Below are positions 10,511 to 22,668 of a stretch of 64,000 bases of DNA, in pieces; positions within the stretch are counted from its first letter, which is position 1, and every line of letters begins with the position of its first letter. Source of the stretch: Candidatus Thalassarchaeum betae (GTDB lineage: Archaea; Thermoplasmatota; Poseidoniia; Poseidoniales; Thalassarchaeaceae); the NCBI GenBank assembly GCA_003193925.1, contig PSPG01000006.1, positions 1-64,000 on the forward strand, in the 5' to 3' direction. The notes beneath the pieces are model-generated. The model was not told where the DNA came from. It ran no database searches and was given only the letters and a program-made list of their open reading frames with translations. A program made the position numbers and the translations under genes.

Positions 10511-11659
10511 ATGGTGCGTCTTGGCTTGTTGGTCAATCCCGATGCCGGATTGGGCGGAAGGTTGGGTCTGAAGGGCTCTGACGGACAGGCCGAACTGGCC
10601 CGCTCGCTGGGTGCTCAGGACCGATCCGGACCGCGTATGACCAACATGCTCGTTCACTTCTCCACCTTGCACCGAGCCGGCTTCGATGACGTCGAATGGC
10701 TCACCAGCGAAGGCAGGATGGGCACGGAATGGCTCCCACAGGGAGCCAACATCGGCACCGTGAGAACCGTTCACGCCTCTTCTGGGACCACAACCGCCTC
10801 CGACACCGCGGACGCGGTCTCAACCCTGCTGGACTCGGGGATCGGCCTGCTGGTGTACGCCGGCGGCGACGGCACCACGCGGGACATCGTCGTCGCATTC
10901 GAGTCGGCCGGCCAGCCGAAGACGCCCGTCATCGGCGTGCCGACCGGGGTCAAGATGCACTCGGGCTGCTTCGCTGCCTCGCCCAAGGCCGCCGCAGAGG
11001 TGCTCTCGGCGTGGCTCAATGACGATCTGCTGCTGGCCAGCACCGAGGTGCTTGACCTCGACGAGGAGCGCTATCGGACCGGCGAGTGGGTGGTGCAGCT
11101 CTACGCAGAGGCGATTACGCCGGCGAGTCCGCGCTGGATGCAAGGCTCGAAGCAGCGCATCGAGGCCGTCGGCGAGGACGACAGCATAGAGGGGCTGGCC
11201 GACCACATAGGGGAACTCCTGATCACCGACGAGCGTCTGATCATCTGGGGCTCTGGCGGTACCCTGCACATGATCGGTGAGATGAACGGCTACGAGCCAA
11301 GCAGGCTCGGCATAGACGCGACGATGGGCTCAGAGCAGGTCGGAACCGATCTCGACGAGGCGGGACTGCTGGAGTTGCTCGCCTCACACTCAGGCCCTGT
11401 CACCCTGCTGCTCTCTCCTATGGGCGGGCAGGGCTTCCTGATCGGTCGGGGCAACCTGCAGCTCTCTCCCGAGGTGCTCCGCGCGGTGGGAATCGACAAC
11501 ATACTCGGGGTCGTGACTCCGGCCAAGCTGCTTACCGTCAGGACGCTGAGAATCGAGACCGGAGACGAGATGCTGGACGCAGAGTTCGCCTCCAAGCGCT
11601 ACATGAAGGTCCTGCAGGGCTACCGGACGACCCGCGTTCTGCCGGTCACTGTCGACTAG
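10511..11659 (+). CDS. ATP-NAD/AcoX kinase family protein
   Basis: [39 protein letters not shown]. Confidence 0.85.
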   Translation: MVRLGLLVNPDAGLGGRLGLKGSDGQAELARSLGAQDRSGPRMTNMLVHFSTLHRAGFDDVEWLTSEGRMGTEWLPQGANIGTVRTVHASSGTTTASDTADAVSTLLDSGIGLLVYAGGDGTTRDIVVAFESAGQPKTPVIGVPTGVKMHSGCFAASPKAAAEVLSAWLNDDLLLASTEVLDLDEERYRTGEWVVQLYAEAITPASPRWMQGSKQRIEAVGEDDSIEGLADHIGELLITDERLIIWGSGGTLHMIGEMNGYEPSRLGIDATMGSEQVGTDLDEAGLLELLASHSGPVTLLLSPMGGQGFLIGRGNLQLSPEVLRAVGIDNILGVVTPAKLLTVRTLRIETGDEMLDAEFASKRYMKVLQGYRTTRVLPVTVD

Positions 11660-13311
11660 ATTTCTTGCCCGCAAGCAGCCATGAGAAGCCCGAGGAAGGG
11701 CGGGCTGGGTCTGCCTGGACGCGACTTGAACTCAGGGTGATACTGAGTTCCGACGTAGTACGGATGCCCTTCGAGTTCCATGATTTCGCAACGCTGACCG
11801 GTCTCGTCCTTGCCCACGTACTTCAGACCGGCACTTTCGATCTGCTCGATGAGCTCCGGATTGACCTCATAGCGGTGCCTGTGGCGCTCGTCGACGTGGT
11901 CGGCCCCGCCGTACAGTCGGCGCATCTTGCAGTCGTCGACTAGGAACGGCGTCGGCTTGGTGCCCAGACGCATCGTGCCTCCCATGTGAGTCTTGGAGAT
12001 CTCCGGCATGAACACGACGGCAGGGTGAGGGGTGTCCGCGTCGAACTCGGTCGAGTTCGCTCCTTCCATGCCGAGCACGTTGCGGCAGAACTCGATGGTC
12101 GCGACTTGAAGCCCCAGACACACGCCCAGATAGGGGATGTTGTTCGTCCTCGCGTACTCCGCGGCCTTGATCTTGCCCTCTATGCCGCGGATGCCGAAGC
12201 CTCCTGGAACCAGCACACCGTCAGCGCCCCTCAGAAGCTCCCAGGCTGCGGCGTAGGCCTCGGGGTCGGTGGCGGACGTCTGGTCGTCGAGGTCCGCCGA
12301 CTCTATCCAGTCGATTACCAGTTTTCGTCCAACTTCGTAGGACGAGTGCTGCAGGGCCTTGATGACGCTGAGGTAGGAATCAGAGAGCCCGGTGTACTTC
12401 CCGACCGTGGCTATGTGGACTTCCCCCTCGAGGTTGTCGACACGGTCGGCCATGGCCTTCCAGTCGTCCAGCAGAGGACGTTTGGATGGGAGTTCGAATC
12501 CGAAAAGCTCAGAGAGGACACCGCTGACGCCCTGCTCCTCCAGCATCATCGGGACCCGATAGATGTTCGAGACGTCGTGCGCGGACACAATCGCCTCTTC
12601 GGGGACGTGGCAGAATGCAGCCAGCTTCGTTCGAGTCTCCTCCTGCAGCGGCTTGGCCGACCTGCACACGAGTATGTCCGGGATAATGCCGAGGCCGCGC
12701 AGCTCCTTGACGGTGTGTTGGGTCGGCTTGGTCTTCTGCTCGCCGACAGGACCCATGACCGGGACCAGGCTGACGTGGACGAAGCAGATGTTCTCGCGCC
12801 CGACCCTGAACTGGAACTGGCGGAGGGCTTCGACGAAGGGAGCGCTCTCGATGTCACCCACCGTGCCACCGAGCTCTATTATGCAGGCGTCAGGGACGCC
12901 GTTGTTGCCATCGCTAGGCACCTGCGCGACTTTCTCGATCCACTCCTGAATCTCATTGGTTATGTGCGGGATGACCTGTACGGTCTTCCCGAGATAGTCG
13001 CCGCGGCGCTCGCGCTCGACGACAGCTGCGTATACCTTGCCTGTGGTGATGTTGTTGTCCCTCATCAGAGCGATATCGAGAAACCTCTCGTAGTTACCCA
13101 GGTCCAAGTCCACTTCTCCCCCGTCGTCGAGCACGAAGACCTCCCCGTGTTCGAACGGACTCATGGTCCCGGCATCGATGTTCAGGTATGGGTCGATCTT
13201 GATCGAAGTGACGCGCAGTCCTGCGGATTTTAGCAGCACTCCGATGCTACTCGCGGTGACCCCCTTGCCCAGTCCGGAGAGAACACCGCCCGTGACCACC
13301 ACATATCGCAT
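11656..13311 (-). CDS. pyrG: CTP synthase
   Basis: [45 protein letters not shown]; start placed at MRYVV. Confidence 0.98.
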   Translation of the reverse strand: MRYVVVTGGVLSGLGKGVTASSIGVLLKSAGLRVTSIKIDPYLNIDAGTMSPFEHGEVFVLDDGGEVDLDLGNYERFLDIALMRDNNITTGKVYAAVVERERRGDYLGKTVQVIPHITNEIQEWIEKVAQVPSDGNNGVPDACIIELGGTVGDIESAPFVEALRQFQFRVGRENICFVHVSLVPVMGPVGEQKTKPTQHTVKELRGLGIIPDILVCRSAKPLQEETRTKLAAFCHVPEEAIVSAHDVSNIYRVPMMLEEQGVSGVLSELFGFELPSKRPLLDDWKAMADRVDNLEGEVHIATVGKYTGLSDSYLSVIKALQHSSYEVGRKLVIDWIESADLDDQTSATDPEAYAAAWELLRGADGVLVPGGFGIRGIEGKIKAAEYARTNNIPYLGVCLGLQVATIEFCRNVLGMEGANSTEFDADTPHPAVVFMPEISKTHMGGTMRLGTKPTPFLVDDCKMRRLYGGADHVDERHRHRYEVNPELIEQIESAGLKYVGKDETGQRCEIMELEGHPYYVGTQYHPEFKSRPGRPSPPFLGLLMAACGQEI

Positions 13312-13419
13312 GCAATCAACGGGATTTGAAGCCGTTGAGCCTTGCATATCAAGGTTGGCTATGCAATTCAGATGCGGTGACTACTCCATGTTCAAGTATC
13401 GTCTGAAATACCGCCTCGC

Positions 13420-14379
13420 ATGGCGGAACCACCCGGTGACAGGATTCTCGTCACCGGAGCGCTGGGCCAGATTGGCACCGACTTGGTAGAGGCGCTGAGG
13501 GCTCGACACGGGACTGATGCCGTCATCGCAACGGACGTGCGCGAGGTCCCCGAGCACCTACTCCTCGAAGACGGCCCGTTCCGCCTTCTGAGCGTGCTCG
13601 ACGGTGATGGCATGGACGCTGTTGTCAGGGAGGAGCGAGTGGGCACGATATACCACCTCGCCGCTATACTCTCGGCCACCGGGGAGAAGGAGCCCGAGCT
13701 CTGCCAGAGGGTGAACGTAGGGGGTATCGTGTGCGTCCTTGAGACTGCTAGGAAGCGTGGCCTTCGAGTCTTCGCTCCCTCGTCGATAGCCGTCTTCGGC
13801 CCTGACTGCCCGAGCATCGCGCCTCAGGTGACTCCACTGAGCCCGACCACCGTCTACGGCAGGACGAAAGTCACCGGGGAGGTGATGGCCGTGAACTACT
13901 GGAAGCAGTACGGTGTGGATGCCCGCGGCATCCGCTATCCCGGGTTGATTTCATGGAAGACGCCAGCCGGTGGGGGTACGACGGACTACGCCGTCGAGAT
14001 CTTCCACGCCGCTCTCGAGAAAGGTCACTACGAATGCTTCGTCAGTGCTGACACACGTCTGCCGATGATGTACATCGACGATGCGATCAGGGCCACTACG
14101 AGCCTGATGGACGCCCCGGTCGAGTCGATCGGTCCAGCCCGAGGCGGGTACAACGTCTCAGGAGCCTCGTTCACCGCTCAGGAGCTTGCTGACTCCATCA
14201 CTGAGAGGGTCGACGGCTTCACCTGCGACTTCGTTCCCGACGAGCGTCAGGCATACGCCGACTCCTGGCCTGCCGATATCGACGACTCGGTCGCACGTGA
14301 GGACTGGGGGTGGAAGGCCGAGTACGACCTCGGTCGTATGGTCGAAGAGATGCTAGACAGACTGGGTGCTCAGTCCTGA
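13420..14379 (+). CDS. NAD-dependent epimerase/dehydratase, L-threonine 3-dehydrogenase-like (SDR)
   Basis: GALGQIG, HLAAILSATGE, YGRTK, PAGGGTTDYAV, LPMMYIDD. Confidence 0.85.
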   Translation: MAEPPGDRILVTGALGQIGTDLVEALRARHGTDAVIATDVREVPEHLLLEDGPFRLLSVLDGDGMDAVVREERVGTIYHLAAILSATGEKEPELCQRVNVGGIVCVLETARKRGLRVFAPSSIAVFGPDCPSIAPQVTPLSPTTVYGRTKVTGEVMAVNYWKQYGVDARGIRYPGLISWKTPAGGGTTDYAVEIFHAALEKGHYECFVSADTRLPMMYIDDAIRATTSLMDAPVESIGPARGGYNVSGASFTAQELADSITERVDGFTCDFVPDERQAYADSWPADIDDSVAREDWGWKAEYDLGRMVEEMLDRLGAQS

Positions 14380-15980
14380 TCCATCTCGCTCTGCCAGTCG
14401 GGTGTCTGGGCATCCTGCTTGGCCCACAGGACGTCGTCGATTCTAAGGATGCTGTTGGCCGCCTCGGTGGCCCCGGAGAGTGCGTGACGAACTACGAACA
14501 GCGGGTCGATGACTCCAGCCTCGTCCATCCGGGCCTTCTCTCCCGACATCACGTCCAAGCCTATCCAAGGCCCGTTCTCAGAGTCTGCGACCTGAGCCGC
14601 CGAGAGAGTCAATATCACGTCGATCGGGTCGAGCCCCGAGTTCTCTGCGAGGGTACGCGGCACAATCTCCAGTGCGGCCGCATATGCCTCTATGGCCAGT
14701 TGCTCGCGACCGCTCTGGCTAGGTGCGAATGCTCGCAGGTGCCGAGCTAGATGAATCTGGGAGGCACCGCCACCAGGGAGTAGTTGGGAATCTCCAGAGA
14801 GCCTGTGGGCAACCCCGAGTGCGTCGTCGAAGGCGCGTTGGGCCTCTTCTCTGACCGCTGGTGAGGTGCCGCGTATCAGAACCGTCATCGCGCCGCCCTC
14901 AGAGCCATCGATTCGAGTGTGCTTGACTCCAGAGAAGGTCTGCTCCGAGCGGCTGGAGTAAGTACCTACGTCCTCCTTCTTGATCCTACGCGCGTCGCGC
15001 ACCATGGTGGAGCCGGTGATGCGAGCCAGTCGCTCGAGATCCTCGCGCTCGAAGCGCCTGTATGCGGTGATGCCTGCATTGGTCAGCATCGTAATGGCCT
15101 CCTCGGCGACACCGTCGCGGACCACCAGCAGGTCGACGTCAAGGGACTTGAGAAGCTCGACCTGCTCCTGAAGCCTCTCACGTGCGCGCTCGTGGAAGCT
15201 GCGCAGCGCTCCCGTGCTGGTGACCTCTATCGAGGCCTCGAGCTCAAGTTTGGCGTTCTCGAGATCACCGTCGACTATGGCAATCCTGCCGCCGTCCGAG
15301 TTGGCCGGAGTGGCCATGTCCATCCTCGACTTCGCGAGAACCATCCCGTGCACGATCTCGGACTCTCTCGCAGTGCCGTCCCTGACCATCAGGCGCTTCA
15401 CTCTGAGTCTCTCCAGGTCAGCGTCGCCCTCCTCGCCTGCCAGTGCATCGGCAGCCTCCAAGGCCAGACCCGTCAGATGGGCAGTGAGCGAAGAGTCGAT
15501 CTTCCCTGCGAGGGAGGTCTCCACGACCGCGCGCCTCTCCGCTTCGCTCTGCGGCGCGCGTGCCATGTGCTCCATCTCTGCGAGTGCCTCTGCGAGTGCG
15601 ATCTGGTAGCCATTCATGATGATGGAAGGATGGACTCCGGAGCGAACCAGCTCGAGCGCGTTCTGCAGCATCTCAGCGGTCAGGATGACCGTGGTCGTGG
15701 TCCCGTCACGCGCCGCCCGGTCCTGTGAGGAAGATGTGGAGATCAGGAGCCTTGCCGCGGGATGCTCGACCTTCGCGGTCTGCAGCACCGTCACGCCATC
15801 GTTGGTCACGGTGGCAGAGCCCCCTTCCTCCACTAGCATCTTGTCGAGCCCACGCGGACCCAGAGTAGAGCGGACGGCCCCAGCGAGGGCCACGGCCGCC
15901 TTGACGTTGTCAACCAGCGCCGAGCGGCCGTGCAGGCGATCGGTGTCCTCCAAGGCTGCATCATGCTCTGGTTCGACCAT
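14370..15980 (-). CDS. Group II chaperonin (thermosome) subunit, divergent
   Basis: STLGPRGLDKML, TNDGVT, DGTTT, PGGGA, LAENSGLD, ILRIDD. Confidence 0.9.
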   Translation of the reverse strand: MVEPEHDAALEDTDRLHGRSALVDNVKAAVALAGAVRSTLGPRGLDKMLVEEGGSATVTNDGVTVLQTAKVEHPAARLLISTSSSQDRAARDGTTTTVILTAEMLQNALELVRSGVHPSIIMNGYQIALAEALAEMEHMARAPQSEAERRAVVETSLAGKIDSSLTAHLTGLALEAADALAGEEGDADLERLRVKRLMVRDGTARESEIVHGMVLAKSRMDMATPANSDGGRIAIVDGDLENAKLELEASIEVTSTGALRSFHERARERLQEQVELLKSLDVDLLVVRDGVAEEAITMLTNAGITAYRRFEREDLERLARITGSTMVRDARRIKKEDVGTYSSRSEQTFSGVKHTRIDGSEGGAMTVLIRGTSPAVREEAQRAFDDALGVAHRLSGDSQLLPGGGASQIHLARHLRAFAPSQSGREQLAIEAYAAALEIVPRTLAENSGLDPIDVILTLSAAQVADSENGPWIGLDVMSGEKARMDEAGVIDPLFVVRHALSGATEAANSILRIDDVLWAKQDAQTPDWQSEMDQD

Positions 15981-16118
15981 AGCGAACCGCCGAACCACAG
16001 CCTTGCTTTGAACTCGACCGTTGAACACGGCATCGCCACGCCGCGCGCGCGCGACCGTGCGGTTCATATACGACCACACTGTCCCACTATACAACCTAAG
16101 GTTGAGTAGTGGTATCTG

Positions 16119-16715
16119 ATGACTGGAAGCGGGCGTGATGAGTGGTCTGACGACATGTTCGCAGAGATGGCTAGGATGTTCGAGCAGATGGGCATGTCAA
16201 TCGACATCAAGGCACTCGAGGCGATGATGAATCAGATTCGCGAGCAGTTCGAGACGATGGGGATCGATCCGACCAAGATGTCTCACTCGCATATCAAGAT
16301 AGATACGAACACCGACCCAGAGGAGTTCCGCCGGGTCATGGAGTCAATGCTCAACGACCCCGACGGGATTTCAGAGCTGCTGAAGAACATGGGGGTCAAC
16401 ATCCGGCTCAACGGCCCTGGAGAGGTCGAGGCCAAGGCAGAAGAGACCGAGGAGCCAAAGGTCTCGGACTTGCCCGAGGAGGATGTCTACACGGATGATG
16501 GCAGGATGTCGGTCACCATCGATATCTCGAAGTTCCTGGACATCGGGCCCGAGGACGTGGAACTGGTACTCAGCAGCGGTGGCGAGGTCCTCCAGCTGAT
16601 GAGGAAGACCCAGGCGCGCCCGTTCAAGCGCCTCATACTGCCTCAGGCCGCTGGGCAGATAGTCGAGTGGGAGCTCAACAACGGCATCCTCGACATCACA
16701 TTCGATTTGGTTTGA
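16119..16715 (+). CDS. Hsp20/alpha-crystallin-like protein
   Basis: Met-rich N-terminus; C-terminal ILP...[11 protein letters not shown]; directly upstream of dnaK. Confidence 0.6.
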   Translation: MTGSGRDEWSDDMFAEMARMFEQMGMSIDIKALEAMMNQIREQFETMGIDPTKMSHSHIKIDTNTDPEEFRRVMESMLNDPDGISELLKNMGVNIRLNGPGEVEAKAEETEEPKVSDLPEEDVYTDDGRMSVTIDISKFLDIGPEDVELVLSSGGEVLQLMRKTQARPFKRLILPQAAGQIVEWELNNGILDITFDLV

Positions 16716-16747
16716 GACACCGAACGAGAACACACGGAGGAAGAGGC

Positions 16748-18625
16748 ATGAGCGGACCGGTAATCGGAATCGACTTGGGAACGACGAACAGCTGTGTCGC
16801 AACGCTTGAGGGAGGTCAAGCGGTCGTGATACCGAACTCCGAGGGCTCTCGAACGACGCCGAGCGTGGTGGCCTTCGCAAAGGGCGGCGAGCGCCTAGTC
16901 GGAGTGATAGCCAAGCGTCAGGCAGTGACCAACTCAGAGCGGACCATCCTCTCAGTGAAGCGGGAGATGGGGACTGACTGGAGCAAGGAGATCGACGGCG
17001 ACACGTACACACCCCAGGAGATCTCTGCCTTCATCCTACAGAAGCTCAAGTCCGACGCCGAGGACTATCTTGGCAGGGAGGTCAAGCAAGCCGTGATCAC
17101 CTGTCCCGCGTACTTCACCGACGCCCAGAGGAAGGCGACCCACGACGCCGGCAGAATAGCCGGGCTCGAGGTGCTCCGAATCATCAACGAGCCTACCGCA
17201 GCCGCACTGGCGTTCGGCGTCGACAAGGAGGAGGATCAGACCATTCTGGTGTTCGACCTCGGCGGCGGCACCTTCGACGTCTCGATTCTCGAGATATACC
17301 AGGTCGACGGCCAGCCCCAGATCGAGGTCAAGGCCACCAGCGGCGACAACCGCCTCGGTGGCGACGACTTCGACTATGTCGTGGTAGACTGGATCGTTGC
17401 CGAGTTCAAGAAGTCCTCAGGCATCGACCTCGCCAAGGACCTGCAGGCGATGAGCCGACTTCGAGAGGCTGCCGAGAAGGCCAAGATCGAACTCTCGGGA
17501 ACAAACTCCACCCAAATCAACCTACCCTACATCACGATGAGCGATGGCCAGCCGGAGCACCTCGACCTGACTCTCTCACGAGCCAAGCTCGAGGATCTGA
17601 TTAGCGATCTCGTAGCCAGGACCATTGGCCCGACCCGCCAGGCAATGAAGGACTCCGGAGTCAAAAAGGGAGAAATCGACAAGGTCCTCCTCGTCGGAGG
17701 CTCCACTCGAGTCCCAGTCGTTCAGAAGGTGATCGAGGAGGAGGTCGGCAAGGCCCCCTTCAGGGGAATCAACCCAGATGAGGCCGTTGCCATCGGCGCT
17801 GCCCTGCAGGCCGGCATCATCGTCGGCGACGAGGGCGTGACCGACGTCCTCCTGCTCGATGTATCGCCCCTGACGCTCGGCATCGAGACCCTCGGTGGCG
17901 TGATGACCACCATGATCGAGCGCAACACCACGATTCCCACACGTCGCTCTGAGACCTTCTCGACAGCCGCCGACAACCAGCCGGCCGTCGAGGTCCACGT
18001 TCTCCAGGGCGAGCGCGAGTTCGCCAAGGACAACACCACACTCGGGCGCTTCCACCTGATGGGCATCCCGTCCGCACCGCGTGGTATCCCGCAGATCGAG
18101 GTCACCTTCGATATCGATGCCAACGGCATCGTCGACGTCTCTGCCAAGGACTTAGGTACAGGGACCGAGCAGTCGGTTAAGATTGAGAGCCAGACCTCCC
18201 TCTCCGAGGACGAGATCAAGCAGAAGGTCTCCGACGCGGAGAAGTTCGCCAAGGAGGACAAACTGCGGAGGGCGGGAATCGAGCTCATCAACTCAGCCGA
18301 CAGCATCGTCTACCAGACCAAGCGCATGCTCAAGGACGCTGGTGAGAAGCTCAGCGATCTCGACACGGACCCGGTCCATAGCAAGCTCGACGAGTTGAGG
18401 GGGCTCATCACCAAGGATGATGGTGAGACCACAATCGACGTCGAGGATCTCGATGAGGCCGCCGTCCAGGCCAAGATCAGCGAAGTCGAGCGGGAGATGC
18501 ATGGCGTCTCGACCAAGCTGTACGAGGCAGCCGCCGCCGAGATGGCCGAACAGCAGGCCGAGGACGGCGACAAGGACGTCGTCGACGCCGACTTCGAAGT
18601 CGTCGACGCCGACGATGACGAGTGA
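16748..18625 (+). CDS. dnaK: Chaperone DnaK (Hsp70)
   Basis: [39 protein letters not shown]; GGAGG SD-like site upstream. Confidence 0.98.
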   Translation: MSGPVIGIDLGTTNSCVATLEGGQAVVIPNSEGSRTTPSVVAFAKGGERLVGVIAKRQAVTNSERTILSVKREMGTDWSKEIDGDTYTPQEISAFILQKLKSDAEDYLGREVKQAVITCPAYFTDAQRKATHDAGRIAGLEVLRIINEPTAAALAFGVDKEEDQTILVFDLGGGTFDVSILEIYQVDGQPQIEVKATSGDNRLGGDDFDYVVVDWIVAEFKKSSGIDLAKDLQAMSRLREAAEKAKIELSGTNSTQINLPYITMSDGQPEHLDLTLSRAKLEDLISDLVARTIGPTRQAMKDSGVKKGEIDKVLLVGGSTRVPVVQKVIEEEVGKAPFRGINPDEAVAIGAALQAGIIVGDEGVTDVLLLDVSPLTLGIETLGGVMTTMIERNTTIPTRRSETFSTAADNQPAVEVHVLQGEREFAKDNTTLGRFHLMGIPSAPRGIPQIEVTFDIDANGIVDVSAKDLGTGTEQSVKIESQTSLSEDEIKQKVSDAEKFAKEDKLRRAGIELINSADSIVYQTKRMLKDAGEKLSDLDTDPVHSKLDELRGLITKDDGETTIDVEDLDEAAVQAKISEVEREMHGVSTKLYEAAAAEMAEQQAEDGDKDVVDADFEVVDADDDE

Positions 18626-20149
18626 TCAGCCTTCGGTGATCAGTCTGTGAAGCGTCCTGACGTGGACTCCCGAGACACCGAACTGGAATAGCGGGTTAGC
18701 GCCCTCAGAGCGGGCCTTCGAGCCCGGGCCCCAAGCGGTCCCGGCGATGTCAAGGTGCACCCAAGGAATCTTGTCGGCGTCCTCGTCGTAGCCGCGGTGC
18801 GGCACGAAGAACTCTAGGAACGAGGCCGCGGTGTTGGATGAGCCAGCGCCCCCGCCGATCGAGCCGTTGCGGATGTCTGCGAATGCCGAGTCGGTCATGT
18901 ACTTGCGGAACTGGGCGTTCAGCGGCATTCGCCAGACCGCCTCTCCCGATCTGCTCGCAGCCTTCCTGACCCGTTTGCCGATGTCCTCTTCGTTGGCCCA
19001 CATCCCGGTGATCTGGTTGCCCAGAGCGACCACGATGGCACCGGTCAGTGTGGCTAGGTCGATGATGTACTCGGGGTCGAACTCGCCGGCCTTCCACAGC
19101 CCGTCGGCGAGGACGTTGCGGCCCTCGGCGTCAGTGCTGAACACCTCGATCGTCTTGCCGGAGTACGTCTTGAACACGTCACCTGGTCGGTAGGCGCCTG
19201 CTCCGGGCATGTTCTCCGCGAGGCACGCCACCCCGTTCACGCGTCGCTCGTAACCGGTCGCATGCAGGGCCTCCATGAGCCCGAAGACTGTCGCGGCCCC
19301 GCACATGTCGTACTTCATGTCCCACATGCCCTTGGACGGCTTGATCGAGATGCCGCCCGTGTCGAAGGTGATGCCCTTGCCGACGATGCAAGGTCGCTGG
19401 ACGCCCTCGTCGGCATCGGGGTTGAGCGTGAATAGCACCATGCAGGGCTTCCTGTCACTGCCCTTGCCGACGTTGACGAGGCCACCCATCCCGAGTTCGC
19501 GCAGCTTGTCCCAGTCGTAGACCTCGACCACGACGTCGTCCTTGCCTTCGGCCCACTCGACCACCCTGCGTGCGTACTCCATCGGATACAGCACGTTGGC
19601 CGGCTCGTTGCCGAGGTCCCTCGCTAGGTGCACTCCCCCAACCACCGAGTGGATATGGCCAAGGCTGTCCGCGAGCACCCCCTGATGGCGCGCGCTAGCC
19701 TGGAAGTCTACGCTCCAAGGCTCGGCGATGTGCTCGTCGTCGACCTCCTGATGCTCGAGGAACTCGTAGTCACGCAGCATCATGCCCTCTGCGAAGTCGA
19801 GCATGCGCTCGCTCGACCACCCGGTGGTGAATCTTACCGTGACGCGAAGCCCCCTCTTCTTGGACAGGGCGACCACCGTCCGGGCGCCGGTGTTCCTCGC
19901 CCCTCTGTGACCCAAGTCGCCCTTCTCGCCCATGCCGACCAGCAGCACCCTGCAACCGGGGCTCCAGACGGCCATCCGCTGCCCCTTCTTGCCCTCGAAG
20001 TCATCCGAGGCTATCGCCTCCCTGACGAGCGTCCGCTGAGTCCTGTTTAGTCCTGAGAGCGAGTTGTTGGGGGCCTTCCTGACGCCCTTGAAAAGGGGCA
20101 GTACCAGTTGATTCCCTACTTCTCCGAATTCGCTGTTATTCCATTCCAT
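18626..20149 (-). CDS. pepA: Leucyl aminopeptidase (M17)
   Basis: VGKGITFDTGG, MKYDMCGAA, STDAEGR, ATLTGA, HLDIAG. Confidence 0.92.
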   Translation of the reverse strand: MEWNNSEFGEVGNQLVLPLFKGVRKAPNNSLSGLNRTQRTLVREAIASDDFEGKKGQRMAVWSPGCRVLLVGMGEKGDLGHRGARNTGARTVVALSKKRGLRVTVRFTTGWSSERMLDFAEGMMLRDYEFLEHQEVDDEHIAEPWSVDFQASARHQGVLADSLGHIHSVVGGVHLARDLGNEPANVLYPMEYARRVVEWAEGKDDVVVEVYDWDKLRELGMGGLVNVGKGSDRKPCMVLFTLNPDADEGVQRPCIVGKGITFDTGGISIKPSKGMWDMKYDMCGAATVFGLMEALHATGYERRVNGVACLAENMPGAGAYRPGDVFKTYSGKTIEVFSTDAEGRNVLADGLWKAGEFDPEYIIDLATLTGAIVVALGNQITGMWANEEDIGKRVRKAASRSGEAVWRMPLNAQFRKYMTDSAFADIRNGSIGGGAGSSNTAASFLEFFVPHRGYDEDADKIPWVHLDIAGTAWGPGSKARSEGANPLFQFGVSGVHVRTLHRLITEG

Positions 20150-20244
20150 AAATGTCGCCGAACTTGCCGATTCGGTAGTGATATACAAAGAATTGTATTG
20201 TAAAAACGACGTTTTAATAGCGTTTTGTAATTAAAATTACATGA

Positions 20245-21585
20245 TTATTGCTCAAATCGGCGATTTTCACGATTTATCGCCGCAAGCGCGATTGCGACCA
20301 TGCTGAGCAGCAGGGACGGTGCCGGAAGCAAGTCCCACGAGTCATCGCCGGCTGCGCTCAGGACGCTCTCGTTGACTGGCTCGTTGACCCAGAGAGCGGC
20401 GTCGATCACCCGCTTCTGGTAATGGAGCTCGAAGTGACCGCCCGAGATCATGCTCAGCCCGCTCGCATCCAGCCTCACATCGGTGTGGTTGCTGGCGTTG
20501 ACGCTGAAGTTGTCCGAGTGCCACAGCGCCTCGCCCGCCTCGTCCACGTAGTGCAGGGTGGCGTTTGCCGTGCTGGCTCGCCCGAGGTTGGTGACGCTCA
20601 GGTCGGCATAGCCATCCTCGACCTCCAGCGAGTCCACGCTCAGCCTCGCTCGCCAGTACCAGACGTTCGATATCAGGTAGCGCATAACCTCCAACTCGAG
20701 CGCTAGGCGGTCGCTGACCGACTGGACGCTGCCGAGCAGGAACTGCTCGTCATCAGTCTCGAAGGTGAAGCAGGGGTAGCCCATGATGCCGTAGCCGTAG
20801 TCGCGGCTGGTGCCGTGGGTGGGGTAAATGCCTGCATTGGCATTGCGGATCGGCAGGTCGGCGTCGATCTTCTCGTGGATGTCGTCGCGGATGAACTCAA
20901 AGAGCTCCCAGTCCGAGGGCATGTTTGGCGTGAAGCCCCACGGGTACGCGAGGATCCACGTGCCCGTATGCATCGTTACGTAGAGGTCGGCCTCGGTCAC
21001 CCACTCGTGCATGTAGTCGGCGTTGTTGCTGGTCTCCGGCTCGGAGAAGGGACCGTCCCCACTCGCCGTCTCGTCCTCGGTCCAGTGGTGGTCGTAGTTG
21101 CGGTTGAGGTCGACCTGGTTCATGTTCCATCGCGTGTCGGCGTCGTTTCCGTCGGCGTTGAGCAGCACCATGATGTGAATCTCGGTGTTCTGCAGCACCT
21201 CGATGGCCTCGGCATCGCCGTTGCCCCAGCCCTCGATGTAGAACTCCGCGGTCAGGAACGCCAACTCTGTCCCGAGATGCTCGTTACCGTGGTGACCGCC
21301 ATCGATGTACACCTTCTCCTTGAGCGAGCCGTCGCTCTTGTTCTCAACCGACCAATCGGAGATCTGCAGCACCCACTGCTGTCTTCCGTACAGGGTAGTC
21401 CCCGCAGTGACCAGACGGACCACCTCCGGGTAATCGTCCTCCCAGGCCTGCAGGTCGATAGTCAGGGTGGCATAGCTGTGGTACCAGTGCTCCTGAGTTA
21501 GGTCCGGCTGCTGAGCGGTGGCGACCGGGGCGGCGCCTCCGGCGATAACCAGAGCAACCAGCGCCAGCGCCGCAGCACGCTGCAT
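20245..21585 (-). CDS. Secreted M14 zinc carboxypeptidase with C-terminal anchor
   Basis: Signal peptide; GHHGNE, DLNRNY, FSEPET, TMHT; C-terminal LPAPSLLL hydrophobic tail. Confidence 0.9.
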   Translation of the reverse strand: MQRAAALALVALVIAGGAAPVATAQQPDLTQEHWYHSYATLTIDLQAWEDDYPEVVRLVTAGTTLYGRQQWVLQISDWSVENKSDGSLKEKVYIDGGHHGNEHLGTELAFLTAEFYIEGWGNGDAEAIEVLQNTEIHIMVLLNADGNDADTRWNMNQVDLNRNYDHHWTEDETASGDGPFSEPETSNNADYMHEWVTEADLYVTMHTGTWILAYPWGFTPNMPSDWELFEFIRDDIHEKIDADLPIRNANAGIYPTHGTSRDYGYGIMGYPCFTFETDDEQFLLGSVQSVSDRLALELEVMRYLISNVWYWRARLSVDSLEVEDGYADLSVTNLGRASTANATLHYVDEAGEALWHSDNFSVNASNHTDVRLDASGLSMISGGHFELHYQKRVIDAALWVNEPVNESVLSAAGDDSWDLLPAPSLLLSMVAIALAAINRENRRFEQ

Positions 21586-21610
21586 GGCAATCCGAGCGGG
21601 CGGAGCCCGT

Positions 21611-22546
21611 TCAATCCTTCTGATTCAGGCGCGATAGCGCGTGACAAGCCAGTATCTTGGTTGCTATCAGCGCCGCGTTGAATTGGGTGAGCGAGTCGTC
21701 CTGCCCCGGTGCTATCTCGTTGATGTCGGCCCCGATGACAGTGCTTCCGGTGGCCGCGAAGAGTCTCTCGATAAGATCTACTGCGGCCCAGTGGGATAGC
21801 CCCCCTGGGACGGGGGTGCCAGTGGCTGGAACGAGCGCACCATCAAGTCCGTCGACATCGAAAGTGAGCCATACGGTCCCTTCCACTTGCCCGATGCGCT
21901 CGGTCAGCCGGGCCCAGCCAGCCTGCCCATCGCACACGCCCATGAAGTCGCGGGCGAACCAAGTCTCGACGCGGCCGTCCGCCGTAGCGAAGGCAGCCTC
22001 TTCGCGTGACAGCGCCCGCGTACCGATCTGAATGACTCGTCCGACGCCCGCATCGAGCGCGCGACGCACCGCTGTGCCGTGCGAGAAGCGCTCGTCGTTC
22101 AGTTCGTCGCGCAGGTCGGCGTGAGCATCGATCTGGATGAGGGTCAGCCGCCCGAGGTCACCCCCGAGGTCGGGGTGGCCCGAGGCCGCCTCCATCAGCG
22201 GCGGCAAGATGCCGTGCTCGCCCCCGAGGACGATGGGAAACTGCTCGCCATCGAGCCACGGGGCTGCATAGTCCCGGATGGAGTCCAACTGCTCCCTGAG
22301 AGTGGGGGCATCAGAGCCCCAAGCCACGGCGGTGTGGACACTGAGCCCGCAGGGCAGATCATCCGGCAGCAGGGGGTCGTACAGCTCGATCTGAGAGCTG
22401 GCTTCGATGCACGCTGCAGGACCCTTCTCGGCCCCCTCTCCCCAACTGGTAGTCATCTCGAAGGGCACCGGGAGAACTACTACGTCCCAAGGTCCTGAGT
22501 CTGCCTCCTCCAGACCTAGGAAACGAGCCCTTTCCGAGCCTTCCAT
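21611..22546 (-). CDS. speB: Agmatinase (ureohydrolase family)
   Basis: GGEHG, DAHADLR, SHGT, DVDGLD, ATGTPVPGG. Confidence 0.88.
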   Translation of the reverse strand: MEGSERARFLGLEEADSGPWDVVVLPVPFEMTTSWGEGAEKGPAACIEASSQIELYDPLLPDDLPCGLSVHTAVAWGSDAPTLREQLDSIRDYAAPWLDGEQFPIVLGGEHGILPPLMEAASGHPDLGGDLGRLTLIQIDAHADLRDELNDERFSHGTAVRRALDAGVGRVIQIGTRALSREEAAFATADGRVETWFARDFMGVCDGQAGWARLTERIGQVEGTVWLTFDVDGLDGALVPATGTPVPGGLSHWAAVDLIERLFAATGSTVIGADINEIAPGQDDSLTQFNAALIATKILACHALSRLNQKD

Positions 22547-22668
22547 GCCTCCCCGAAAGTAGCAGGCAGATTAACCACTTCGGAGCGAAGAAGGGGGAAA
22601 AACGAGGCTGAGCGAGAGACGGTTGAAATAGCGCGGGCTTCCATATTATACCACTGGAGGGAGACGCG

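Noticed and set aside
11986-13233. Long antisense ORFs (this 415-aa one and many others, e.g. 28499-29407, 2479-3471)
   Set aside because: Shadow ORFs opposite well-supported genes, expected from GC-rich codon bias.
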